The notes: generated from the sequence alone by a model not told the origin. A DNA stretch of 64,000 nucleotides from Klebsiella pneumoniae (GCA_945897555.1 CAMDGF010000002.1:70926-134925), one strand, 5' to 3'. Numbered from the stretch's first letter, positions 43,765-58,941 are shown. Program-made: numbers and translations.

Positions 43765-45441
43765 ATGCTGCATTCAGCTGACCTGAGGCACACCCTCGCC
43801 GCCGCCCTGCGCGATGCCATCGCTCGCGCCGGTGTGGATCCAGCGGGTGCCGAACCGGTGCTAGAGCGCCCCAAGCAGGCGGGTCATGGCGACTTCGCCT
43901 GCAACATCGCGTTGGTGTTGGCCAAGCCGCTCAAGCGCAACCCGCGCGAACTGGCGCAGGCCATCGCGGCCGCGCTCGACGCGCCGGGCCTGATCGCCCG
44001 TGCGGAGATCGCTGGGCCCGGCTTCATCAACCTGTTCGTCGATGCGGCGGCCCGCAATGGCGTGGTTCACGCAGTGCTGGCCGGCGCCGATACGTACGGG
44101 CGCTCGGATGTCGGGCAGGGTCGCAAGCTGCAGGTCGAGTTCGTCTCGGCCAACCCCACCGGGCCGCTGCACGTGGGCCACGGCCGCGGTGCCGCGGTCG
44201 GCGATTGCCTGTGCCGCCTGCTCGAGGCCACTGGCTGGCAGGTGACACGCGAGTTCTATTACAACGACGCCGGCGCGCAGATCGACAACCTCACCCTCTC
44301 GGTGCAGGCGCGGGCGCGCGGCCTTGGGCCCGACCACCCGACCTGGCCCGAGGACGGCTACCGTGGCGACTACATCGTCGAGGTCGCAAACGCCTTCTTG
44401 GCTCGTCAGACAGTGACCGCCGATGACCGACAGGTGACCGCCAGCGGCGACCCTGACGATGCTGTCTCGGTGCGCGATTTTGCCGTGGCCTGGTTGCGCC
44501 ACGAGCAGGACCTCGACCTCAAGGCCTTCGGCGTGCGCTTTGACGTGTTCAGCCTCGAATCCGCGCTCTACACCGATGGTTCGGTGGAGCGCACGGTGCA
44601 AGCGCTGGTGGATTCGGGGCATACCTACGAGCAGGATGGCGCGCTGTGGCTGCGCACCACCTCGTTTGGCGATGACAAGGACCGCGTCATGCGCAAGAAG
44701 GAGGGCGGCTACACCTACTTCGTGCCCGATGTGGCCTACCACGCTGCCAAGTGGCGGCGTGGCTTCGGCCGCGTCATCAACGAGCAGGGTGCCGACCACC
44801 ACAGCACCATCACCCGCGTGCGCGCTGGCCTGCAGGCTCTGAGCGTCGGCATCCCGGAGTGCTGGCCGGAATACGTCCTGCACCAGATGGTGACGGTGAT
44901 GCGTGGCGGCGAGGAGGTGAAGATCTCCAAGCGTGCCGGCAGCTACGTGACCTTGCGCGATCTCATCGACGAGGTGGGGGCCGATGCGACGCGCTACTTT
45001 CTGGCTGCGCGGCGTGCCGACTCGCAATTGGTGTTCGACATCGACCTTGCCCGCGCCCAGAGCAACGACAACCCGGTCTACTACATCCAGTATGCCCACG
45101 CGCGCATCTGCAGCGTGCTCGAACAGTGGGGCGGCGACGTCATGGCGCTGGCCTCGGTCGATCTGGCGCCACTGGAGAGCGGGCACGAGCGCGCCGTCAT
45201 CAACCGTCTCGAGGCCTTTGTGCAAGTGGTGGCGGATGCAGCCGCCGAACTCGCGCCACACAGTGTCGCCTTCTATCTGAAAGACCTCGCGGCCGACTTT
45301 CACAGCTGGTACAACGCCAGCCAGTTCCTTGTCGACGAGACAGCCTTGCGTGAGGCGCGATTGGCGCTCGCGGCGGCGACGCGGCAGGTCATTGCCAACG
45401 GCCTGCAATTGCTCGGCGTGAGTGCGCCGGAGCGGATGTAG
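43765..45441 (+). CDS. argS: arginyl-tRNA synthetase
   Basis: Contains [16 protein letters not shown] and the KMSKS-like KISKRAGS, plus a C-terminal anticodon-binding domain. The ATG is at 43765; an alternative TTG is at 43750. TATAAT lies at 43736-43741. Confidence 0.95.
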   Translation: MLHSADLRHTLAAALRDAIARAGVDPAGAEPVLERPKQAGHGDFACNIALVLAKPLKRNPRELAQAIAAALDAPGLIARAEIAGPGFINLFVDAAARNGVVHAVLAGADTYGRSDVGQGRKLQVEFVSANPTGPLHVGHGRGAAVGDCLCRLLEATGWQVTREFYYNDAGAQIDNLTLSVQARARGLGPDHPTWPEDGYRGDYIVEVANAFLARQTVTADDRQVTASGDPDDAVSVRDFAVAWLRHEQDLDLKAFGVRFDVFSLESALYTDGSVERTVQALVDSGHTYEQDGALWLRTTSFGDDKDRVMRKKEGGYTYFVPDVAYHAAKWRRGFGRVINEQGADHHSTITRVRAGLQALSVGIPECWPEYVLHQMVTVMRGGEEVKISKRAGSYVTLRDLIDEVGADATRYFLAARRADSQLVFDIDLARAQSNDNPVYYIQYAHARICSVLEQWGGDVMALASVDLAPLESGHERAVINRLEAFVQVVADAAAELAPHSVAFYLKDLAADFHSWYNASQFLVDETALREARLALAAATRQVIANGLQLLGVSAPERM

Positions 45442-45443
45442 CC

Positions 45444-46034
45444 ATGGCTGAGCGCAAACCCGCTGCGGCGTCGGGGGGCGGTGCCTCTCGCGCGCCGGGT
45501 CTCGGCGCCGGCATCCTCATCGGCGTGCTGCTTGGCATCGGGCTGGCGCTGGCTGTGGCGATCTGGCTCAACGTGCGCGGCTCTCCCTTTAGCGAGCGCG
45601 AGGTGCCAGCGGAGTTGCCGGCCCTGACGGTGCCTCCCCCCGTCGGGCCTGCTCAGGCGCCGCCGGCCGTCGCGAAACCCGCAGATGCAGCGGAAGACGA
45701 GCCTGGCAATGGCCAGCGCTTTGATTTCTACGAGATCCTGCCTGGCACCGAAGCGACCGCCGTAGCGCGGCCGCGCATCAACCTGCCGGTGGCGCTCTAT
45801 CTGCAAGCCGGCGCCTTCCGCAGCCCGACCGATGCCGACGACCGCAAGGCACAGCTCAATCTGCTCGGCCAGACTGCGGTGGTCCAGCGTGTGCAGGTCG
45901 GTGAAAGCCTGCTTCACCGCATCCGCGTCGGCCCTTTTGCAACGCAAGCGGAACTCGAGCAGGTCCGCGCCTTTCTCAGCGAGAACGGTATCGACAGCAT
46001 ACCCATGCGACCCGAGACCACCGCCAGCCCATGA
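45444..46034 (+). CDS. SPOR-domain cell-division/peptidoglycan-binding protein
   Basis: N-terminal TM helix GILIGVLLGIGLALAVAIWL, a P/A-rich linker, and a C-terminal SPOR-like domain (LYLQAGAFRSPTDADDRKAQL...HRIRVGPFATQAELEQVRAFL). Confidence 0.85.
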   Translation: MAERKPAAASGGGASRAPGLGAGILIGVLLGIGLALAVAIWLNVRGSPFSEREVPAELPALTVPPPVGPAQAPPAVAKPADAAEDEPGNGQRFDFYEILPGTEATAVARPRINLPVALYLQAGAFRSPTDADDRKAQLNLLGQTAVVQRVQVGESLLHRIRVGPFATQAELEQVRAFLSENGIDSIPMRPETTASP

Positions 46035-46672
46035 GGATCCCGATGACCTTCGCAGACCGTGCCGCCGCCGTGATGGCATTCCTGATGTCCCTGTTCTTCG
46101 CCGGAGCCGCCACGGCCAACCCGGTCGAGGGCAAGGATTTCGCCACCGTACCGCTGCCGCAGGCCACTGCAGCGGGCAAGATCGAGGTGACCGAGTTCTT
46201 CTGGTATGGCTGCCCGCATTGCTTCACGCTCGATCCCAAGCTGGAAGCGTGGGTCGCCAAGCTGCCCAAGGATGTACAGTTCAAGCGGGTGCCGGCGGTG
46301 CTGGCGGCGCACTGGCAGCCGATGGCCAAATCGTTCTACGCGCTCGAAGCCACCGGCGTCGACCTGCACGCCAAGATGTTCAGCGCCATGCACGTGGAGA
46401 ACATCAACCTGAGCGACGAGCAGACCTTTCTGCAGTGGGTTGGCAAGCAAGGCGCCGACAGCCGCAAGATCGGTGAGGCCTACCGCTCCTTTGGCGTCAA
46501 CAGCAAGTTGCAGGCGGCGCGCCAGCTCAACGTCAATTACGGCCTGACCAGCGTGCCGACGCTGGTCATCGCGGGCAAGTACCGCACCTCCCCGTCGATG
46601 GCTGGCAGCGCTGAGCAGATGTTTCAGGTGGCCGATCACCTCATCGATCAGGTACGCAGATCGTCGCGTTGA
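46031..46672 (+). CDS. dsbA: thiol:disulfide interchange protein DsbA
   Basis: Signal peptide and the active site FFWYGCPHCFTLDP. Confidence 0.94.
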   Translation: MRIPMTFADRAAAVMAFLMSLFFAGAATANPVEGKDFATVPLPQATAAGKIEVTEFFWYGCPHCFTLDPKLEAWVAKLPKDVQFKRVPAVLAAHWQPMAKSFYALEATGVDLHAKMFSAMHVENINLSDEQTFLQWVGKQGADSRKIGEAYRSFGVNSKLQAARQLNVNYGLTSVPTLVIAGKYRTSPSMAGSAEQMFQVADHLIDQVRRSSR

Positions 46673-46733
46673 CCTGAGGTTGTAGGCGAGCGCTGCCGCG
46701 TCGCTGGCGGCAAAGGCGGCGTGAGATGTCCGG

Positions 46734-47459
46734 TCAGGAGGCGGCCGTCCAGTCGCGCAGGCGGGCCCGAAGGCGCGCCACGGCTTGGCTGTGCAGCTGG
46801 CAGACGCGCGATTCCGACACACCGAGCACTTCGCCGATCTCTTTGAGGTTGAGCTCCTGCTCGTAGTACAAGCCCATGATGAGGCGTTCACGTTCGGGCA
46901 AGTTGTCGATCGCCTCGACCAGGTGCTCACGAAAACGCGAGTCTTCGAGGACGCTGGCCGGCGAGAGTTGCTCGTCGGCCGCATAGCCATCGAGAAAATG
47001 GGCGTCGTCGGCGTCCTGAAAATCCTCGTAGTAGAGCAGTTGGGCACCCCGGCCGTCGGACAGCTGCTGCTGGTACTGGTCCAGCGAGAGTTCAAGGGCG
47101 TCGGCCAGTTCGCGCTCCGTTGGCGCTCTTCCGAGGCTCTGTTCGAGGCGACTATTCGCTGCCTCGATCTGGCGCATGTTGCGGCGCACGCTCCGTGGCA
47201 GCCAGTCGGCCTGACGCAGCTCATCGAGGATGGCGCCACGGATGCGCTGCGCGGCATAGGTCTCGAACTGTGCACCCTGACCATCATCGAAATGGTCGAT
47301 GGCGTCCATCAGCCCGATGAGGCCGACCTGGATCAGATCGTCGACCTGCACGCTCGAGGGCAGTCGAGCCATAAAGTGGTAGGCGATGCGTTTGACCAGT
47401 TGCGCGTGCTCCATCACCAGCCGTTCGGTGGTGCCTGCGGACACGGCGGGCGTATTCAT
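46734..47459 (-). CDS. fliA: flagellar sigma-28 factor FliA
   Basis: Contains DDLIQVGLIGLMDAIDHFD, FETYAAQRIRGAILDELR and LKEIGEVLGVSESRVCQLHSQAVARLR. It was trimmed to the ATG that overlaps the upstream stop (ATGA). Confidence 0.94.
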   Translation of the reverse strand: MNTPAVSAGTTERLVMEHAQLVKRIAYHFMARLPSSVQVDDLIQVGLIGLMDAIDHFDDGQGAQFETYAAQRIRGAILDELRQADWLPRSVRRNMRQIEAANSRLEQSLGRAPTERELADALELSLDQYQQQLSDGRGAQLLYYEDFQDADDAHFLDGYAADEQLSPASVLEDSRFREHLVEAIDNLPERERLIMGLYYEQELNLKEIGEVLGVSESRVCQLHSQAVARLRARLRDWTAAS

Positions 47460-48187
47460 GCGCGCACCGCCTCGGCAGTCTGCGCACGGCGGAGCCGCTG
47501 CAGCCATTCAGACCAGTCGTCGGTGCGTGGGGCCATACTGTCGAGCCGCTCCACAGCGAGCCGCAGCGCGCGTACGGTGGGCGAGCGCGGGTGAGCCTCG
47601 ACCGCGCGCAGACCGGCGCGAGCCGATCGCAGCAAGACCGCGTCGTCGGGTATGCAACCCAGAGCCTCCGGGACGCAACCCAGAAAGCGGCGCGCGGTGT
47701 TTCGCAGATTGTCCATCGGTAGGGTTGCGGCGGCCTGTTCGGTACGGGTGAACATGACGTGACAACTGGTGCGGCCGGTGACTGCCGACAGCGATTTGAG
47801 CTGTACATAGGCGCGGGTGAGGTGTTCAGGCCGAGCCGAGGCCACCATGACGAACTCGTCAAAGCCGAGGCAAGGCCAAGGCAGTTCGACCGGGTCGAGC
47901 AAGCCCAGCACGACATCGACGATGGGCAGGGCCGCCAACCATGCGCCGAGCTCGAGCCCTGCGGCGGGCAGCGTGGTGCCGGCTGGACGGCCTTGTCCGG
48001 CTGGAGTCCCGCCACGCAGATCGAGCACCAGCACCGACCGGCTGCGCTGTTGCCAGGCATCGGCCATGGCATCGGCAAGCAGTTCGAGGTCGAGCTCGCG
48101 CGGGCCCAGCACACCCACACAGCGGACCGAGCGCACGTTCACCATGCGCCGCAAACCCTCCGCTTGATCCCGCACAGCAGCGTTCAT
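47456..48187 (-). CDS. flhG: FlhG/FleN (MinD/ParA-family) homologue with degenerate nucleotide-binding motifs
   Basis: It sits between flhF and fliA. The N-terminal DQAEGLRRM and the segment DEFVMVASARPEHLTRAYVQLKSL align to FleN. The Walker A position reads VGVLGPRELDLELL instead of xGKGGVGKT. Confidence 0.8.
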   Translation of the reverse strand: MNAAVRDQAEGLRRMVNVRSVRCVGVLGPRELDLELLADAMADAWQQRSRSVLVLDLRGGTPAGQGRPAGTTLPAAGLELGAWLAALPIVDVVLGLLDPVELPWPCLGFDEFVMVASARPEHLTRAYVQLKSLSAVTGRTSCHVMFTRTEQAAATLPMDNLRNTARRFLGCVPEALGCIPDDAVLLRSARAGLRAVEAHPRSPTVRALRLAVERLDSMAPRTDDWSEWLQRLRRAQTAEAVRA

Positions 48188-49437
48188 GTCGCGTTCAGCG
48201 CGTTGATGTGCGTTTCCAGCGCTGCGGTGTAGAGCGCCAATTCGTCGCGTTCGCGGCCCTCGAAAGGCGGCAGCCGGCCAACGCTGCGGAAGGCGCGGTC
48301 GGCGAGATAGAGCGGATTGGGGCGATGCAGATCCTCGGGTACGCGCTGGCCATTGCTCAGGTAGTGCACCGGGAGTTGGTGCCGCACCACCACATCGAGT
48401 ACTTCACCGAGCCGCACCGCCTCATCGATCTTGGTCAGGATGCAGCCATAAAGGCCACCCTCACCGTAGCGTCGGATGACGTCCTCGAGCGTGCTCAGCT
48501 GCGTGTTGGCAGCGATGACGAGGATGCGGCGGACCCCATGACCCGCACCGGTGAGCAGTCGCAGCTGGTCGGCCAGCCTTTGGTCGCGTTGCCCCATGCC
48601 GATGGTGTCGACCAGCACCAGCCGCCGACGCCGGATGTCCTCCAGCGTGACGTCGAGTTCGGCACCATCACGTGCAGCAAAGACGGGAACTCCGAGCAGC
48701 TTGGCGTAGATGCGCAATTGATCCTCGGCGCCGACGCGGTAGCTGTCGGTGGTCACGAAGGCCAACTGCTGTGAGCCGTGGCGCATGGCACAACGTGCGC
48801 CGATCTTCGCCACCGTGGTGGTCTTGCCGACGCCCGTCGGCCCGACCAGCGCAAAGGTGCCGGACTCCTCGACCAGATCCGATTCGACCACCCGTCCCTG
48901 CAACTCGCGATGCAAGCGTAGCCTCAATGCGGCACAGATCTCGGTGGGCGACAGCCCCGGCTGCATCTCGTCGAGCCAGCCCCGCCCCAGCCCGGGGCTG
49001 AAACCCGCGGCCAGCCACTGCCGCAAGGCTTCGGCACGGGAGGGGTCTTGCCGCGCCACTTCGCCCCAGGCGAAGCCCGACAGCTGGCTCTCGACCAGCT
49101 GCTTGAGCGAGCGCATCTCGGCGAGCAGGTCGCTCACCGTGATGCCAGTCAGCGCGTCCGCATCGGCCAGTGAGCCTGCATCGGGCGACGGCCGGGGGCG
49201 CGTCGCGCCCGCCCGTGCATTGCGGAACACCTGCGCCTCGTGACGCGGAGCTACGGCTGGCGGCATCGTGCTGATCACCGGCATGTTCCCGTCGAAGTCG
49301 GCTTCGGCCACCGCCATCACCTCGATCTCGCCATCCACCGTGCGGTTGGAGAGGATGATCGCGTCGGCGCCCAGCGTATCTCGCACCAGGCGCAGGGCCT
49401 CGCGCGTACTGGCGGCGACGAACTTGCGGACGATCAT
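48184..49437 (-). CDS. flhF: flagellar biosynthesis SRP-type GTPase FlhF
   Basis: B-domain N-terminus MIVRKFVAASTREALRLVRDTLGADAIILSNR, plus G1 LVGPTGVGKTTT, DTIGMGQRD and LTKIDEA. Confidence 0.94.
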   Translation of the reverse strand: MIVRKFVAASTREALRLVRDTLGADAIILSNRTVDGEIEVMAVAEADFDGNMPVISTMPPAVAPRHEAQVFRNARAGATRPRPSPDAGSLADADALTGITVSDLLAEMRSLKQLVESQLSGFAWGEVARQDPSRAEALRQWLAAGFSPGLGRGWLDEMQPGLSPTEICAALRLRLHRELQGRVVESDLVEESGTFALVGPTGVGKTTTVAKIGARCAMRHGSQQLAFVTTDSYRVGAEDQLRIYAKLLGVPVFAARDGAELDVTLEDIRRRRLVLVDTIGMGQRDQRLADQLRLLTGAGHGVRRILVIAANTQLSTLEDVIRRYGEGGLYGCILTKIDEAVRLGEVLDVVVRHQLPVHYLSNGQRVPEDLHRPNPLYLADRAFRSVGRLPPFEGRERDELALYTAALETHINALNAT

Positions 49438-51482
49438 GCTTGGGCGCCAAGGGTGGCAACGATGCGGACCGTCCTATTGTCGGGGATTTCGTTGTGCGAG
49501 AGCACCCGCAATTGCGGCAGGGAGCGGCGCAAAAAACGCGACAGCAGCTGGCGCAGCGGTGCCGGCACCAGCAGGACGGGCGTCTGGCCGGCCGCCTCGC
49601 GTTCTTGCGCGAGCTGGCTGGCCCGTCGCAGCAGCCCCTCGGCGAGACCTGGTTCGAGGCCGGCCTCCTCGTCGCCGGTGCGGTTGCCGGCCGCCTGCAT
49701 CAGGAGTTGTTCGAGGCCTGGATCGAGTGCCAGCACGCCGATCTCGCTTGCGCCCGGCGCGAGGTCGTGGACGATGGCCCGACGCAAGCCGATGCGGATG
49801 CGCTCCACCAGCTCAGCAGGGCTTGAATCCGGCCGGGCAGTCTCGCTGAGGATGCCGACGATCGAGCGCATGTCGCGCAATGGCACGCCCTCGTCGAGCA
49901 GCCCTTGCAGCACTTGCCGCAACATGCCGAGGCTGATGGTCTTGGGCACCAGATCCTCGACCAGCTTCGGCGCCGTCTTGGTGAGGTGTTCGAGCAGGCC
50001 CTGCACCTCCTCGCGGCCGAGCAACTCGGAGGCGTGCCGCTGGATGACGTTGGACAGGTGTGTGGCCACCACGGTGCTCGCGTCGACCACGGTGTAGCCG
50101 AGCAACTGCGCCTGCTCGCGTGCCTCGGCCGTGACCCAGGTGGCAGGTAGGCCGAAGCTGGGGTCGGTGGTGGCGGTGCCCTCGATCGGGCCAAGGACCT
50201 TGCCGGGGTTGATGGCCATATGCTGGCCGACCTGGATCTCGCCGCTGGCGATGTCGACACCCTTGAGCAGGATGCGATAGCCGTTGGGCCGCAACTGCAG
50301 GTTGTCGCGGATATGCACAGCTGGGATGAGAAAGCCGAGTTCACCGGCGAACTTCTTGCGCAGCGCACGGATCCGCCGCAACAGCTCGCCATCTTGCGCG
50401 GAGTCGACCATCGGGATCAGCCGGTAGCCCACCTCCAGCGCCAGCATGTCGATGGGCGCCACGTCATCCCAGGTCACTTCGTGACTGTCGGTGCCCGCTG
50501 CAGCGGCTTCGCCCTCACCGTCGGCCTCGGCAGACCCCGTTGGTCGTGATTCGACCGCCCGTGCAAGGCCGGCAAGTCCGGCCGCCATCAACAAGAAGAC
50601 GACATTGGGCATGCCGGGGATGAGCCCGAGGGCAGCCAGGATGCCCGCTGTGGTGTAGAGCACGCGTGGGTTCTGCAGCATCTGCCCGGACACCTCGTCG
50701 CCAAGGTCGCGATCGGAGCCTACGCGCGCCACCACGATGCCAGACGCGGTGCTGATGATGAGTGCGGGGATCTGTGCCACTAGACCGTCGCCGATGGTCA
50801 GCAGCGTGTAATTCTGGGCGGCTTGGGCAAAAGAGAGGTCGTGCTGGGTCATGCCGATGATCAGCCCGCCGATGATATTGATGATCATGATGAGGATGCC
50901 GGCCACTGCATCGCCACGCACGAACTTGCTGGCACCGTCCATCGAACCGAAGAAGTCGGCCTCGCGCGCGATCTCTTGCCGGCGCATGCGCGCGTCGGCC
51001 TCGCCGATGAGGCCGCTGTTGAGGTCGGCATCGATCGCCATCTGCTTGCCAGGCATGGCATCGAGAGTGAAGCGTGCGCTCACTTCGGCGATGCGTCCGG
51101 CGCCTTTGGTGATGACGACGAAGTTGATGATGACGAGGATGACGAAGACGATGATGCCCACCGCGTAGTTGCCGCCGACGACGAACTGGCCGAAGGCCTC
51201 GATCACACGGCCTGCAGCGTCGGCGCCGGTGTGGCCCTCCATCAGCACGACCCGCGTCGAAGCCACGTTGAGCGACAGCCGCAGCAGTGCAGTCAGCAGC
51301 AACAGGGTCGGAAACACCGAGAAGTCCAGTGGCTTGAGCGTGTAGAGCGCTACCAGCAGGATGATCATCGCCAGCGCGATGTTGAAGGTGAAGAAGACGT
51401 CGAGTGCGACCGGCGGCAGCGGCAACACCATCATCGCGAGGATGAGGATGACCACCAGCGGCATGGCGATGCGCGAGTTCAT
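49434..51482 (-). CDS. flhA: flagellar type III export gate protein FlhA
   Basis: 682 aa with the N-terminal TM region LILAMMVLPLPP, FVRGDAVAGILI and a large cytoplasmic C-domain. ATGA overlaps occur at both ends. Confidence 0.96.
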   Translation of the reverse strand: MNSRIAMPLVVILILAMMVLPLPPVALDVFFTFNIALAMIILLVALYTLKPLDFSVFPTLLLLTALLRLSLNVASTRVVLMEGHTGADAAGRVIEAFGQFVVGGNYAVGIIVFVILVIINFVVITKGAGRIAEVSARFTLDAMPGKQMAIDADLNSGLIGEADARMRRQEIAREADFFGSMDGASKFVRGDAVAGILIMIINIIGGLIIGMTQHDLSFAQAAQNYTLLTIGDGLVAQIPALIISTASGIVVARVGSDRDLGDEVSGQMLQNPRVLYTTAGILAALGLIPGMPNVVFLLMAAGLAGLARAVESRPTGSAEADGEGEAAAAGTDSHEVTWDDVAPIDMLALEVGYRLIPMVDSAQDGELLRRIRALRKKFAGELGFLIPAVHIRDNLQLRPNGYRILLKGVDIASGEIQVGQHMAINPGKVLGPIEGTATTDPSFGLPATWVTAEAREQAQLLGYTVVDASTVVATHLSNVIQRHASELLGREEVQGLLEHLTKTAPKLVEDLVPKTISLGMLRQVLQGLLDEGVPLRDMRSIVGILSETARPDSSPAELVERIRIGLRRAIVHDLAPGASEIGVLALDPGLEQLLMQAAGNRTGDEEAGLEPGLAEGLLRRASQLAQEREAAGQTPVLLVPAPLRQLLSRFLRRSLPQLRVLSHNEIPDNRTVRIVATLGAQA

Positions 51483-52732
51483 CTGTCGATCGCTCCGACG
51501 CCACTCACCGTCGGCCCGGTACCGCGGTCGGCCGCGCGCATGCGCGTGGCCTCAACATCACCGCGCAGGCTTCTGCGCTGGGCGACTCCCGGGCTGACCG
51601 CATCGGCGTCCGCTTCGAGCGGGTCCATGCCTGGTGGAACTGCGATGTCTGGTGTTGGCAGCAGGGCATTGTGGTCCTGTTCGAGAGCGTAGACCCAGGC
51701 CAAGACCTGAGCCACCGCTGTGTAGAGCTCGGCCGGGATCTCCTGCTCGAGTTCGCCGTGCGCGTAGAGGGCGCGTGCAAGGGGTGGCGCTTCCAGCGTC
51801 GGGATCTGGTTCTCTGCGGCGATCTCGCGGATGCGTGTGGCGATGAGGTCGATGCCTTTGGCAAGGATACGCGGCGCAGACATCTGGTTGCCGTCGTAGC
51901 GCAGAGCGACGGCGTAGTGCGCCGGGTTGGTCACCACCACGGTGGCCTTGGGCACATTGGCCATCATGCGACGGCGAGCTGCGGCTCGCTGCAACTGTCG
52001 GATGCGCGCCTTGATCTGCGGGTCGCCATCCTGCTCGCGCGCCTCTCGCCGCACCTCCTCCTTGGTCATGCGCAGCTGCTTGCGGAAATTCCAGATCTGG
52101 AACGGCACATCGATGGCAGCCACCAGAGCCAGCGCGCCAACCACCCAGATCATGCCCTCGCCGATGCGTCGCATGCCCGAGGTCACGGCGTTCACCAGAT
52201 CGCCGTCGGCCAGCTGCAGCCACTCCTCGAGGTGGGTAGACAAGAACCAGAACGCCACCGCACCAAGGAAGACGGTCTTGATCACCGATTTGAGCAGTTC
52301 GACGAGACCGTTGACCGAAAAGATGCGGGCGATGCCGGAGAACGGGTTGAGGCGTGACGCCTGTGGCACCAAGGGCTCATTGCTGAGGACCCAGCCGGAG
52401 ATCAGCAAGGAGGCGCCCACCAGGGCTACGATCATGGCCCCCATCAGCGGCAGCAGCGCGATCAGCGCATCGACCGGAAGGTCGAACAGACGCTTCAGCG
52501 CAGCTTCGCTATCGAAGGCTTCGCGCCGGTCGAAGCGCAGGCTGCGCGACAGCACGTCGACCATCGATGCCGACAGGTTGCCGCCGGTGAACAGCAGTAC
52601 GGCGCCACCGGCCAGCAGACCAGAAAACGTAGCAAGCTCCCGCGAGCGCGCGACCTGCCCCCGCTCCCGGGCGTCCTGCAGCCGTTTGGGTGTTGGGTCC
52701 TCGGTCTTTTCGAGGTCGCTTTCCTCAGCCAC
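51479..52732 (-). CDS. flhB: flagellar type III export switch protein FlhB
   Basis: N-terminus MAEESDLEKTEDPTPKRLQDARERGQV (GTG start). The autocleavage region reads VVVTNPAHYAVALRY. The C-terminal tail is about 40 aa longer than in the enterobacterial protein (from memory). Confidence 0.95.
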   Translation of the reverse strand: MAEESDLEKTEDPTPKRLQDARERGQVARSRELATFSGLLAGGAVLLFTGGNLSASMVDVLSRSLRFDRREAFDSEAALKRLFDLPVDALIALLPLMGAMIVALVGASLLISGWVLSNEPLVPQASRLNPFSGIARIFSVNGLVELLKSVIKTVFLGAVAFWFLSTHLEEWLQLADGDLVNAVTSGMRRIGEGMIWVVGALALVAAIDVPFQIWNFRKQLRMTKEEVRREAREQDGDPQIKARIRQLQRAAARRRMMANVPKATVVVTNPAHYAVALRYDGNQMSAPRILAKGIDLIATRIREIAAENQIPTLEAPPLARALYAHGELEQEIPAELYTAVAQVLAWVYALEQDHNALLPTPDIAVPPGMDPLEADADAVSPGVAQRRSLRGDVEATRMRAADRGTGPTVSGVGAIDR

Positions 52733-52742
52733 TGGGCCTCAC

Positions 52743-54456
<1,714 letters not shown>

Positions 54457-54530
54457 TCGATCCGCAGGCCCCGTAGCCGGCTCGCCGTTGCCGGGGGTAG
54501 GTCAACTCGCGTATCATTCCTGTCATCAAA

Positions 54531-54557
54531 GAGCGGACGCCCAGCGGGTGTCCGCTC
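54531..54557 (+). terminator. strong 12-bp stem-loop between dapB and carA
   Basis: GAGCGGACGCCC-AGC-GGGTGTCCGCTC, with one G-U pair and no U-tract. It lies 75 nt after the dapB stop and 40 nt before the carA GTG. Confidence 0.4.
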
Positions 54558-54596
54558 GTCGCATCCGCACCCCGAAAACGTGCCTATCGAGACCCC

Positions 54597-55722
54597 GTGA
54601 CTGCCGCTACGCCCGCCTTGCTCGCCCTCGCCGATGGTTCGGTGTTCCGCGGGATATCCATTGGTGCGGAGACGGCGACGGTCGGCGAGGTGGTGTTCAA
54701 CACAGCGATGACCGGCTATCAGGAGATCCTCACCGACCCCTCCTACAGCCGGCAGATGGTCACCCTCACCTACCCGCACATCGGCAACACCGGCACCAAT
54801 CGGGAGGATGCCGAGTCCGCTGCAGTGCATGCAGCGGCGCTGATCGTCCGCGACCTGCCGCTGCGCACGTCCAACTTCCGCTCCACCCGCACCCTCACTG
54901 ACTACCTGCGCGATGCCGGCACGCCGGGTATCGCCGGCATCGACACCCGGCGCCTGACGCGCATCCTGCGCGACAAGGGCGCCCAGAACGGCTGCCTGAT
55001 GGCCGGCCGCGTCGACGAGGCCGAGGCGCTCGCTCGCGCCCGCGACTTTCCCGGCTTGGTCGGCATGGATCTGGCGCAAGTGGTGACCTGCAGACAGCCC
55101 TATGAATGGACCCAGACGGAATGGCAGCTGGGTCATGGCTTTGGTGCGCAGGCTGCGCCGCGTTTCCGTGTGGTGGCCTACGATTTCGGCGTTAAGCACA
55201 ACATCCTGCGCATGCTTGCCGGGCGCGGTTGCCGCATCACCGTGGTGCCGGCCAAGACGCCGGCCGAGCAGGTGCTCGCCTTGGCCCCTGACGGCGTGTT
55301 CCTGTCCAATGGCCCGGGTGATCCGGCGCCCTGCGACTACGCCATCGCCGCCATCCGTACGTTTCTCGACCAGCGCATCCCGACCTTCGGCATCTGCCTC
55401 GGCCACCAGCTCATGGCACTGGCGGTCGGCGCCAAGACCCTCAAGATGAAGTTCGGTCACCACGGCGCCAATCATCCGGTGCAAGACATCGAGAGCGGCC
55501 GCGTCATGATCACCAGTCAGAACCACGGCTTTGCCGTCGACGTCGGCACACTCCCGGCCAACGCGCGCATCACCCACAAGAGCTTGTTCGATGGCAGCCT
55601 GCAAGGCTTCGCGCTCACCGACCGGCCGGCCTTCTGCTTCCAGGGCCACCCCGAGGCGAGCCCTGGCCCGCACGATGTAGCGCCGCTGTTCGATCGCTTC
55701 ATTCGGGACATGGAGGCTGCCC

Positions 55723-55730
<8 letters not shown>
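54597..55730 (+). CDS. carA: carbamoyl-phosphate synthase small (glutaminase) subunit
   Basis: Contains [17 protein letters not shown] and the catalytic GICLGHQ. The start codon is GTG. Confidence 0.96.
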
Positions 55731-58929
<3,199 letters not shown>

Positions 58930-58941
58930 TCGGGGATCACC

